A stretch of DNA of 63,243 nt, filler included, from Chiloscyllium plagiosum (Eukaryota), in assembly GCF_004010195.1 (NCBI RefSeq). It is 4 parts of 2 records of this genome, joined end to end, with 100 filler letters (N's around TTAATTAATTAA, not from the genome) between each part and the next. Parts side by side here need not be neighbours in the genome. Positions count along the whole stretch, not along the records: positions 1 to 26,803 come from NC_057711.1; 3 more parts are not named here. One strand, given 5' to 3'. Numbering within the stretch: position 1 is the first letter of the stretch; the number at the start of each line of letters is the position of its first letter. Position numbers and translations under genes: made by a program. Below, one piece after another: positions 1-11,280 of this stretch. The notes below the pieces were generated by a model. It was given only the letters and a program-made list of their open reading frames with translations. It made no database searches and was not told where the DNA came from.

Positions 1-455
1 TCTGACTATTGGGGGGTCTATAATACAATCCCAATAAGTTGATCATCCCTTTCTTATTTCTCAGTTCCCCCCAAATAACTTCCCTGGATGTATTTCCGGG
101 TATATCCTCCCTCAGCACAGCTGTAATGCTATCCCTTATCAAAAACGCCACTCCCCCTCCTCTCTTGCCTCCCTTTCTATCCTTCCTGTAGCATTTGTAT
201 CCTGGAACATTAAGCTGCCAGTCCTGCCCATCCCTGAGCCATGTTTCTGTAATTGCTATGATATCCCAGTCCCATGTTCCTAAGCATGCCCTGAGTTCAT
301 CTGCCTTCCCTGTTAGGCCCCTTGCATTGAAATAAATGCAGTTTAATTTGTCAGTCCTACCTTGTTCTCTGCTTTGTCCCTGCCTGCCCTGACTGTTTGA
401 CTTGCCTCTGTTCTCAACTGTACCAGCCTCAGATTGATCTCTTTCCTCACTATCT
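1..455 (-). mobile_element. CR1-clade LINE fragment, start of ORF2 (APE endonuclease)
   Basis: Minus strand reads LNCIYFNARGLTGKADELRA...DIIAITETWL...GYKCYRKDRKGGKRGGGVAFLI...GLYYRPP, typical CR1 APE endonuclease motifs; runs off the window edge. Confidence 0.9.
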
Positions 456-458
456 CTC

Positions 459-688
459 TGTGATTGGAAAGAGACCAGACAGGGTGGACCTCATAGAATG
501 TGAATTCTCTGATTGGATCAAATTAACAGCCCCAATCAGGGAGCCCTGGCTGACGTATATAAACAGGAGTGCCGGAGTGTTCACTCTCAGAGCTGGCTCT
601 GAGGGAGCTGGATTATTGTCAAGAACTCTCCATGTGTAAGTAAAGGGTGACTTGGTAACGGGATTCCAGTCTCTGTGGAGTTATTTCA
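459..688 (+). mobile_element. Solo-LTR-like repeat, copy 1
   Basis: TG...CA ends, CCAAT, TATATAAA and AGTAAA in LTR order; homologous to 56054-56284 and 27457-28727. No TSD found. Confidence 0.6.
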
Positions 689-689
689 G

Positions 690-890
690 TGTGCAAAGGA
701 AGTTTTTTTATGCAGTGTGTAGTTGGTGTCTGGAACATGTTGCAGGAAAGGTGGTTGAAGCAGACATCATAGCAATATTTAAGAGGCATTTCGACAGACA
801 CATGAAACTGCAGAGAATAGATGGATAGAGACCATGTGCAGGCAGATGAGATTAGCATCACTGGGAGGGACCAAAGGATCTGTACCTGCT
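690..890 (+). mobile_element. Old CR1 LINE 3' end fragment
   Basis: Degenerate match to the FF.QRVV..WN.LP..VVEA..I..FKRHLD C-terminus seen in younger copies. Confidence 0.6.
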
Positions 891-2090
891 CTCCCCTGTT
901 CCTGGTTCTGCTTCCATATTGGACAGATGGCTGAAGAAAATTAAACAAAATCCTTTAAAAGTTGAATAATTTAGTGCAAGAGGGAGAAGAAATAAAAGGA
1001 AAACTACAAAATAAAAGAATAGGTTAGATATTGGGGAGGAGAAGTAGCAACTTTAAAATAGCAAGCACAACTGGTGAAGTATTTTTTAAATTTTATATAC
1101 AATGATATTTTAATTTGGTGTTGACTATAAACTCCACTTACAGTATATAAAAAGTAGCAATCAAAATGTCTCTTATCTTGATCAATTAGTTTGTTTTAAG
1201 CTTGCCCACATAAACATTGCAGTAATGGTAATTCTTTTATTGTAACATTACTACCTGGGAGCTAAAAAAAAACTCCATCATCAGGTAGTATTTTCTGAAA
1301 CCATGGAGGTGAGCTGGATAAAGGAAGCAGCAGCAAAGTGAAAAATAGTGCATTGCTTTGCCTCCCCAACTTGTTCCCACAACCAAGTGAACTTATTGGA
1401 GTTGGGGTGGAACTGGTACTGGATACAATCTGGACAGCAAATACCCAAATTGGAAAGGTAAACGCTAATTTGAGAACAATTTGTTGGGATCTGATCAACA
1501 TCAGACTGTCCCTTGAAATCTGGCAGCTATCTGGAGGCCTCTAACCAATGGTAGACGAGTCTGGAGTTGGTGACTCCCATCCCTCATACCACCCGGAAGC
1601 TTCAGAAGTCAAAGGGTCACAATCATAAACAATTCTGTGCAAGGTTTATGCATTTGGGTAGAGGGCTTTGGTTTTGACCTTGTTATTATTTTGCCCTGGT
1701 ACATAACTACTTACACTCTTTCTGTCCAACTTTTCTCCCATTGTTGTTTCCAAGAATTGGTCACAGGCTTCCATCGATATGGGTAATGCGTCTCGTTAAA
1801 TTACAGCAGTGATTTATAGTTATCTGCTTGATGTTACTCAAAATGCTCAGCTGAAACAATGGCTGGCCTAATGCTTCAGTTTCCTCCAGCCTAGCACTGC
1901 CTTTACCACATTAGTTATTAACTTACCATGCTTGTCTAAGGGAATGAACGAACGAATGAATGATGATTTATCGTCACATGTACTTCACAGTGAAATGCTA
2001 TAAATACAATGAAAAGTTTTTATTTGTTAAAGAATAGCTTTTTCTATTCCCTGGACAGGTGTCAGCATCTCACGTATTGAAATCTTGTTT

Positions 2091-2389
2091 GATTAGATTC
2101 CCTACAGTATAGAAACAGGCTCTTCAGCCCAACAAGTCCACACCGACCCTCCAAAGAGTAACCCACCCCCCATCCTATATTTACCCCTGACTAATGTACC
2201 GAACACTATGGGCAATTTAGCCTGGCCAATTTACCTGACCCGCATATCTTTGGACTGTGGGAGGAAACCCACGCAGACACAGGGAGAATGTGCAAACTCC
2301 ACACAGACAGTCACCTGAGGCAGGAATCAAACCCGGGGCCCTGGCGCTGTGAGGCAGCAGTGCTAACCACTGAGCCACCGTGCCGCCCC
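2091..2389 (-). mobile_element. HE1-like tRNA-derived V-SINE
   Basis: Minus strand begins GGGGCGGCACGGTGGCTCAGTGGTTAGCACTGC (A box), B-box-like GGTTTGATTCC, central TGTGTGGAGTTTGCACATTCTCCC core, CR1-like tail ending in AATCT repeats. Confidence 0.9.
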
Positions 2390-2647
2390 GTTTCTCACAT
2401 CATTATTTCAGCTACATAATTAAACCTTTAATCTATATTTCCATACACCAATTTGCAATTGGCTTTGATAGTACATGAAAATCATTACATTTATGATCCT
2501 GCATTTTGATCTGTATCCCGCCTCCTCAAACAGAACCCCATTTCTAGCCTGAGCCCTGTTGTCTTGTGATCAGGATGCTAGTATACCTTTTAGAGACATG
2601 GTCATGGTATCATCACTGTATTGCGATGGTAGCAAAGACTGGTTTAT

Positions 2648-3195
2648 ATTTATTCACTCAAGGAATACAGATGTTGATTGGCTTACCAGCATTTATTGCC
2701 CATCCCTAGTTGCCCTTTAGCAGGTGGGGGAGAGTTGCCTCACTGAACCGCTGCAGTCCATGCTCTGTCGGTTTACCCATAATGTTTTCGGGGGGGCGTT
2801 ACAAGATTTTGACTCAGCAATAGTGAAGGAACAGTGAGATATTTCCAAGTCACGATGGTGAGTGGCTTGGAGGGGAACTTGCAGGGGCTGGTGTTCCCAT
2901 GTATCTGCTGCCATTGTCATTCTAGATGCAAGTGGTCATGGGTTTGGAAAGTTTAAGGGTCTTTGGTGAATTTCTGTAATGCGTCCCATAGACATTACAA
3001 ACTGCTGCTACTGAGCATTGAAGTTGGAGGGAGTGGATGTTTGTAGATGAGATGTCAATCAAGTGGGGTGCTTTATCCTGGATGGTGTCAAACTCCTTTC
3101 TTGAGTGTTGCTGAAGCTGCATTCATTCAGGAAAGTGGGGAGTATTGGCCTTGTAGATGATGGACAGGTTTCGCAAATCAGGAGGTGAGTTACTT
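2648..3195 (-). mobile_element. CR1/L2-group LINE family 2, 3' fragment
   Basis: ORF 2922..3122 (FDTIQDKAPHLI) and GGGCAATAAATGCTGG tail shared with 14225-15025, 23660-24250 and 53945-54835. Confidence 0.75.
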
Positions 3196-3251
3196 AGGAG
3201 AAAGTAAGCACTGCAGATGCTGGAAATCAGTGTCAAGAATCTCATGTTACG

Positions 3252-3420
3252 TTAAAAATCACACAACAGCAGGTTATAGTCCAACAGGTTTAATTGGAAG
3301 CACTAGCTTTCTGAGTACTGCCCCTTTATCAGGTGGTGGTTGATGAAGAGCTAGCGCCTCGAAACCTACAGCTTCCAAATAAACCTGTTGGACTATAACC
3401 TGGTGTTTTGTGATTTTTAA
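3252..3420. mobile_element. Fold-back (inverted repeat) PLE terminus, family C
   Basis: TTAAAAATCACACAACAGCAGGTTATAGTCCAACAGGTTT is near-perfectly inverted at the right end; arms match the 3' terminus of the PLE at 35501-36410; degenerate hammerheads in the centre. Confidence 0.8.
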
Positions 3421-3897
3421 TCTAACTATGTCACATGAAGAACTGACCTTCTGCCAATATAAATAAATCTCTAAATGAAAACATAGAAGTCATAAGAACC
3501 TTCAAGCCCTTGACTCATGCACCTATCTACTCTACTATCAATGCAGGGCTTTGAAAATATGAAGCAAATGTTTTTGGAAAGAATGGTAAACTAACCTCCA
3601 AAAGGAGCGAGGCAAGGGGACAACAGTCATTTGACATGATGCATAACCGTCCCATGGCCATTGGTCAAGAAGAGTTAGATGGGTCATTAATATAGCATCA
3701 ATGGACAGCCCTCAAAATGAGGACATCAACAGGGGCAGGAAAGGATGGAGGGACAAGAAGACCTCGAGTAATGAGCCACACCACCTCCTTGGGGGAAGAC
3801 CAGGAGTTTTCGACATTAAACTAAGGGAGAAACAAAGACCATTGGTACTGAAATCACCAAAGACTACCAGAGACCACCATTGGGACATATGGGTGAA

Positions 3898-4020
3898 TGA
3901 AGGGCTTTTGCCCGAAACGTCGATTTCGAAGCTCCTTGGATGCTGCCTGAACTGCTGCGCTCTTCCAGCACCACTAATCCAGAACCTGGTTTCCAGCATC
4001 TGCAGTCATTGTTTTTACCT
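3898..4020 (+). mobile_element. Solo PLE tail (family A), 123 bp, 12-bp TSD
   Basis: TSD CATATGGGTGAA at 3886-3897 and 4021-4032; starts TGAAGGGCTTTTGCCCGAAACGTCGA (3' part of hammerhead). Confidence 0.85.
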
Positions 4021-6197
4021 CATATGGGTGAAATGCCTCTACTCCTCCATTCTATACAATGGATCCAGGGTTAGAAAGCATTCTCATCTGTCATGGGCTG
4101 TATATTTCTCTTCTTTGCCTAACTGACATAACACATCAAAATTGCTGCTTCTCAATAAACTACCAGAAAATTGCAATAAGTTCTTGAGTGCCAATATTCA
4201 GTATCGTGATCGTGTACCCCCTAAAATTAATAGCTGACATCAATTAAACATGGAATTGGACATTATTGTGTGGGGGTCTAGAGATTCTCTCCTTTACTCC
4301 CCCCCGTATATAGTGCATTTAATTAATAAAGATTGTAATGCTCTTCACCCATTAAAACCAACCCACATTCTGGCTGGACAGTATTGATGAACAGTCTTCA
4401 CAACATGTAAAACAAAAAGATTATTCAGGAATTTTTAAAATAAGTTTTGTGGCTAAAATCTAATAACAACTGACGTATAAATTGTAATCAATAGAATCAT
4501 GCAGACATTGCATTGAACTCCTATTGCTTATGGATGTGCTGAGTGTGCATTTTGAGGTAAGACTGTTTACCCCCTCAGTGATAAGGAACTTCACCATTTA
4601 AAGAGTTCAAGGTCAGTGTATCTGCTTCATGGAGGGGAATTACAACCAAGTGATTCTCCCCGCAAAGGAATAAGCTGGATAACAATTTATGTTACCTCCT
4701 TCTTTCCCCCGTGACAGTGAAATTATTAGAAATTAATAATGCTTTTAAGTTGCTGTGACTTTTCAATATATTTCATTTATGCTAATATGATACACAGAAA
4801 GGCTTCTCCCCCTCCAGCAATGAATTCTTCTGCTGTGTAATTTGAATCATCACACAAAAGGCCAATAAATGTCAGCAGTGCATTATACTGAGATTACGCT
4901 TCTGTGAATAATAAGATGAAAAATGGTTTTCTCTCCAAAAGAATTGATTCTCATTAGATGCTTTGACACAAACAAATATGAGAATAAGCTGTTGAGAAAC
5001 AAAATTGTGACTCCATTTAAGTTCTGACTCTTCAGGTGCCATATAATCTGGAGAGTAATCTTAAGTAAGAGGTGCGTATTTTTCCATATATGTTGTCACA
5101 AATGTATCAGAATATGAGATGACCTGTGACATTGAATTGATTTGTGATGTCAAATAAAAATTAATGGAAAAGAGAAAATGCCATGATGGTATTGTAGGGA
5201 AATCTTTCAGAACTACAGCAAAGATATACAGCAGACTAGAAATAAATGCGTTCAAACCTTTCATGTCAGATTTTGGCATAGCTATAATTACCAGTTAGTT
5301 ACACTGGTAACAGTGGAATGATTCTATTTCTGACAAATGCAAATTGGCTGGTTGCCCAATGCATCCATACATCCGGAGTGAGGTCTCAGCATTTGCACTG
5401 TCAGTATTCACAAAGCTACTCTGCTGCCTTACATTTTAAGATTCTGAGAGTGTGGGTCAGGATAATTACTTCCACACATTCCCCGAAATCACTGTGAAAT
5501 TTGTAGCATGAATAGGAGGTTGAATGTGTTTCCTAAACGTTTTTTTTTTAAATCCAGATACCACATATGAGTGCGCACAAGTGATGCCATCACAAAAAAT
5601 TGCTTTCACAGCTTTCCAACCTGAATTTTCTCTCGGGTTACCTCAGGAGCTAAATCTGTAGTTGTACTGTTATCACTGAGAAGTGAACACTGCTTTATAC
5701 AGATGCTAACATTTTATCTAATCAATTCTAAAATCTATGATAAACTGAAGAAATTGCTGGTGACTGCAAAAACCCAGAAAATCAGTCATGATCATAAATC
5801 AGCAAAATTAGTTCATTATTTTTCACTTTACATGTATTTTTGTTTTAGTGATGAGAAAGTATCATGTTATTAAGTAATTAAATTTTACATATTTTAACTT
5901 AATGTGCTTCTACATTTCCTAGCAAAACTTTCAACATATTTTCTTGTGTCATAACAGGACAGGGGATAAGTAAGTTTTGACCACATGGTATTTGTGGTAT
6001 TTTTCCAGATGACATCTCTTGTATGCTGAGGTATTTTCCACCTCCAACCGTGGTACTGATAAGAGAGGCTTGTTTGAAGAATGTCTCCACAACATATCTC
6101 TTTTGCCTTTGCTTTGTCTTGGGCTTATCCAGTAATCAATGATAGAGGAAACACCACTGTTGAGCAAATTCAGAGAAGGCACAAGGAGGTTTACTGC

Positions 6198-6322
6198 AAA
6201 AACTGAAACACTGTGGATGTTGTAAATCAGAAACAAGACAGACATTGCTGGAAAGTTTCAGCAAATCTGGCAGCATCTGTGGAGAGATATCTGAGTTAAC
6301 ATTTCAGGCTGAGTGAACCTTC
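6198..6322 (-). mobile_element. Older PLE-like terminus (family D)
   Basis: Similar to 10874-10975 and 62593-62776 (TGCTGGAAA..TCAGC..TCTGGCAGCATCTGTGG). Confidence 0.55.
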
Positions 6323-6370
6323 CACAAAGCCTTACAGGTTTACTGCAAGATAGCTATAAGTACAACTATA

Positions 6371-6543
6371 CGGATGAACCTGATTATCTGAAGGACACGG
6401 GCAAGGAGTATTTTGTTTGGTTAACTGAATTCCAGATAATTGAATGCCTGATAACATGGTTTAGCCAAGCATCGGGATCTTGCGAACTTGCCGGATAATC
6501 CGATATTCAGATAATCGAATGCTGGATAATCGAGATTCCTCTG
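6371..6543. mobile_element. Tigger/pogo-like MITE
   Basis: TA flanks; imperfect TIRs CGGATGAACCTGATTATC vs reverse complement of right end CAGAGGAATCTCGATTATC; internal GATAATCG repeats. Confidence 0.55.
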
Positions 6544-6547
6544 TAGT

Positions 6548-6874
6548 TAAATAGACAAAGTCTTTTCTCTGGGGTGGGGGAGTCCAGAACTAGAGGGTAT
6601 AGGTTTAGGGTGAGAGGGGAAAGATATAAAAGAGACCTAAGGGGCAACTTTTTCACACAGAGGGTGGTACATGTATGGAATGAGCTGCCAGAGGAAGTGG
6701 TGGAGGCTGGTACAATTGCAACATTTAAAAGGCATTTGATGGGTATATGAATAGGAAGGGTTTGGAGGTATATGGGCCGGGTGCTGGCAGGTGGGACTAG
6801 ATTGGGTTGGGATATCTGGTCAGCATGGACGGGTTGGACCGAAGGGTCTGTTTCCATGCTGTACATCTCTATGA
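6548..6874 (+). mobile_element. HER1-like CR1 LINE 3' end
   Basis: Encodes NRQSLFSGVGESRTRG...FFTQRVVHVWNELPEEVVEAG; tail ...CTGTACATCTCTATGA; CTGTAGT direct repeat at 6541-6547 and 6875-6881. Confidence 0.9.
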
Positions 6875-9800
6875 CTGTAGTCAGGCATAATTACTGGAAC
6901 TGTTGATATATATTTTGTTCCACAAATCCAGATGACACAAGTTTCTGTACAATGGAAGATGCTTTATTATTGGAGAGCTGGCAAGAGATTCCAAATGTCC
7001 CTAAAGTAGCCGTGTTTCTCCTTGTGGTGACACTTCTCCATGACTCTCTGCCCTACACACAGGACAGTACATTTTAAAGGAATTAAACAAAAGGTTTATC
7101 AATCACATGGGTGATTGTCATCACATAGTTTAAAGTTGGTAGTTATGAATTTACAAAGCCCGATGAATGTCAATGTCCTGTGATAATGTGTGAATGGATT
7201 ACAGAAACTGATTATCGTATTCTTCATGATTACGTGTTGATGGGAAGAGATTAAGGCAGAAGGGTCTTGCCCACTGTAAATGGGGGATTCACATACCTAA
7301 GCTAATATAGAGGGAAAGTAAGACAAATGGGAGCGGGAGGCAGTTTAACAGGGTTGTGGCCAAGGCTATCGGTCTTGTCTAGAAAGGGCAAATCCCTCTG
7401 TCTGGGGCTATGGGGGAATCCACATGTGTGACTCCACTAGACTCCATTTCTGAGATACAGTCAGCCTCCCCCCTACTGAGATGTTCTGTCTGTATTGTAA
7501 GAGTACAGGCATTCAGTTCATAGCAGTAAGTCCTTTGGTAGTGGAATGGTTAACCCCTGAGCCCCCAATTTGTTCTGAAAGAGAAGCAAATCGTGGAACT
7601 GACCCCTCTGTGACATTTTAACCTCCTCAGAATTATGATCCCCTTGAAAGCTTGAGAACTCCTTGTTTCCACCTATTGACTGTGGAAGACATCAATAGAA
7701 TGTGTGAAGCCAATATAACATGAACATTTACCCCTTCAGAATCATAACCTGTACAACATGAAAGTCTAGCGCAATATCAGTGTCAAATCAGTCTTACAGT
7801 CTATCTGGTTCACTTCTGTTTCCACTCCTACTGAACACCTAGTTCCATATCAGTTAAGGGCTCAACCTTATTAACATCATAACTATAATCAGTTTTCCAG
7901 AAGAGACTGATTTCTGACCTGAAACCAAACTTAGCTCCTGTTTCCTGCCTTGATAATGATAACTCAGTCTCAGCCATTTGTTACTGTATTCACTATGAAT
8001 AGTGGACTTGTTCCTGTACATCCATTGCCAAGTAAATCTTCTTGAAGCCACCACACTCCTAAAGAGATTCTACTTCTCTCTTCCACAAGTTTCACAAGGA
8101 TGGCAAGACAAGTTGGAGCCAGCCAGCTTCACTCTAGTGACATGCTCTGGATGAAGAAAGCTCATCGTGTGAAAATGTAATTCCATTTATTGATTACAAC
8201 TTGGAATCAAAATCTATCCTATCAAAAGATGACTCTGTCAGTGTATGATATTGTTCAGAGACAGTGAAGTTGTTTCATACATAAGGATAATGCAGGAGGA
8301 GTGGTCCTTATATATGTGCTGTGAGTTTCCATACATTGCCTTTCTGACTTATCTCCTGATCCCAGGTCCTGTCCTTCCTGTTGGTCTAGAAAGGTCATCA
8401 TGAGGTCACCTTGTCTGTATCCAAATTATTAATGAAACTGCCAACTACAAGCTTTTCATGGTGACAAAGAAGACTTTCCAGAGTGATGGAACATAACAAT
8501 TATTGTCCAGAATACATGCAATTGGCTGAAATTATAACCCAGCAACTAAGCTGCAAGCATTGCAGGATTCCTTTAAATATTTCTGATGAGGGCTTGTTGC
8601 ATTCGTGTATCACCACAGTGTGTTTGTCAAGGTCATCAGATGGTAAGTGATCAAAAATGGACAGGACCCATATTTAAATAAATTACTCTGCACTTAAAGT
8701 GTTTCTGACATGTATTTCTGACCCCAGTGTAATCAGCTTACCCAATATAACAGGCAACATAACGCATTCTCACAGTTCACCGCACTGGGAACACAATAGC
8801 CTGATTAGACCCAAATAAAGGCACCATATGTCACTATAATTAAAGCCAAGAGTTCCAAGTAGCTTTATCATTAAGAGTATTTTCATCTACAGTGTCTGTA
8901 CATCAGAATGGAAGCTGTAAAGCTCTACTTTATTTGTGCAGTTTAATTCATATAATTCACACACGATGGACACTGCAGTCTGACTTACTTTACTAAAGTT
9001 CCTGCGTAGCAATCTCATCTTTTGATTTTTGAATTATTGTGTCTTAGTGCATTAGGGAGGTTAAAATATAAATTTAAGCTAACTTAAAAAAGAAATGCCT
9101 GTTAAAGGGAGTAGCTATTTTAATTCTCAGCAGTGGTCTGACTGCTCTAGGACTTTAGTACATTTCAGTGAACATGACTGTACATAACAAATATAATTTG
9201 GATTGAGCAAGATAGGAAATGTCAGCTTCACTCCCTTTGAGATTAAAAAAGAAGTAACTGATAAGGAACCATTTAAACCAGCCAGAGCTGAATTATATGT
9301 AGCCTTCTTAGAAAAAGCTGAAACCTTTTGCCTGGGAGGGAAATTCTGTTATCAATTGAGCTACTGATATTATGAAGATAGTTTGTCATCATAAATATAA
9401 AAACATCTGACTAAATCACTAAATAACCTTTATTTCTTGTTTTGTTATAGACTAATATCAGAAACTTAAAGAAATAGTGTCTCGAAGTCGATGTTATTTA
9501 TCTGTTTTTTTTCTTTTTGTATTAGTTGTGCTGGTTTACTACAGTATATCTAGTATTGAAGAAATCAGCAAAAGACAGATTACACTCTTACTGTTGCTAT
9601 AATATACAGGCTAGTCTCATTAGTCTAGGAATAGTTTTAATTTTAGCTTAGTGTTTTCCTTGTTGAAGTGATATTGCTGTTATCTTTGTATAACGAGGAG
9701 GGATGGTAGTAGTGATTTTCAAATGTATCTGTCAAGTACTTTAGAAATGTTTGATTTTGGGAGACTTTGTGCCTGATCAAGATTAGGCCTGGGTTTTACT

Positions 9801-10873
9801 ATAAGCTTTCTACTAAAGTTAAGCTAAGCCTATCTGTATGGTTTAGTCCCTCGATATGAACAAAGTAAATGATGCAAGTGTCGACCATTCAGCCCTCAAG
9901 GATTCCTCACATTCAATAACATCATGGCGAATCAGCGCTAGGCTTCAACTTCTCTTTCATGCTAGCTCCTCATAACCCTCAACTCTCCAATATTTCAAAG
10001 ATCTACGTTGGTCCTCCTTAAAGACTTACAGTGATCTAGCCTCCATAGCTCTCAAACCTAGAGAATTCCAGATAAGTTACTACTCCTGGGAGAAGAATGG
10101 TCAGCACCAGCCTGCAGTTCTGTATTTCAATGTTGCCCTGGCATTATGCCAAATCTAGACAGAAAAACCAACATGCATTTTTTAATCACAAAGCTACCTT
10201 TGATTTGCACAGGTTCTCCTGGATCTCATCCCACTAACCACCACCCCCCTCCCCCCACACCCCTTACCTCAATCACCTTGCTTGGACATTTAACTGAAAG
10301 GCTGCCAATAATTCTTGGGCCCACAGACTTGTCTCTCAAAGCTGTAGGGTTTTTTTTTTACCAAAGATTAGTCTCCAATGGGAATATTGATGCATCAATG
10401 CATCTTTTGGAGGAGGCATTAAAACAAAGATTTGTCTTCTGTCTGAGGTGGATGGAAGTTCTCTTTGAAGGATAGCTTGATACCATGACTAAAAACAACA
10501 AACAGATTCTTGATCATTTACAGCAAAGAGAACATTCTTCAAAAGTTATTGGCTGAAGCGGGTTTAAGATTCCTGAGGATGTAAATGTTTCTATGTAAAT
10601 GTAACCTATTTATTTTATTTGAATCCTAATTGGCAGTTCCTAGCGTGTCTTGGCCTGGTCTCTTGGTGCTGCCTCTGCTTGGTATGTGAGTGGGTCCTGC
10701 CCAGAGATGTTCCCGAGCCACCAGAGGGAGATAAGGGAAGAGGTAGCTTCAGCAGCAATGATGGTATCACAGTCCAAAGTTGGAAGAGTGAGTGATGTGG
10801 GAGCTCTCCCAGTCTCTGCAGCAGCAACATCAAGACCAGGCAGCTGAGGTCTCCTGGACAGTGGGATAAGCAA

Positions 10874-10975
10874 AGACAACAACAGAAATTGCTGGAAAAG
10901 CTCAGCGGGTCTGGCAGAATCTGTGGCAGGAAGTCAGGTTTAATGTTTCGGGTCCAGTGACCTTTCTTCAGAACA
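10874..10975 (-). mobile_element. PLE-like terminus (family D) with degenerate hammerhead
   Basis: Minus strand GTT-CTGAAGA-A-AGGTC-ACTG-GACCC-GAA-ACATTA-AAC followed by the PLE-type GCTGAGCTTTTCCAGCA tail. Confidence 0.65.
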
Positions 10976-11114
10976 GAGATAAATGGAGGACTCATCAAAG
11001 TCTATTGAACTTTTAACGTATTCATATATTTTCCTGGTTTAATTTGAGAAAGAATTTAATGTTAACTATTAATTTACTCCTTTATTTTTCTACTTACTTT
11101 ATGAAGTAATGCTT

Positions 11115-11280
11115 AATTTTTTAACTTTCATTTCTCTTACTACTCTGTACCCAAGTGTTTTACCTAAGTACCTTGGTATCTTAGATGGTGCTTTGTGTGG
11201 TGATATTGTACACTTTTCACTGTACTCCTGTACTCCTGTACTTGAGTAAGTGACAATAAAACCTAAATATAAAATCTAAT
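11115..11280 (+). mobile_element. Interspersed repeat with TGACAATAAA tail (possibly Rex/Babar-type 3' UTR)
   Basis: CACTGTA...CTTGAGT...TGACAATAAA; related copies at about 21670-21830 and 48985-49130. Family assignment is tentative. Confidence 0.45.

Noticed and set aside
6900..8700. Possible decayed retroviral internal sequence
   Set aside because: No convincing gag, pol or env motif in the parts I translated by eye.
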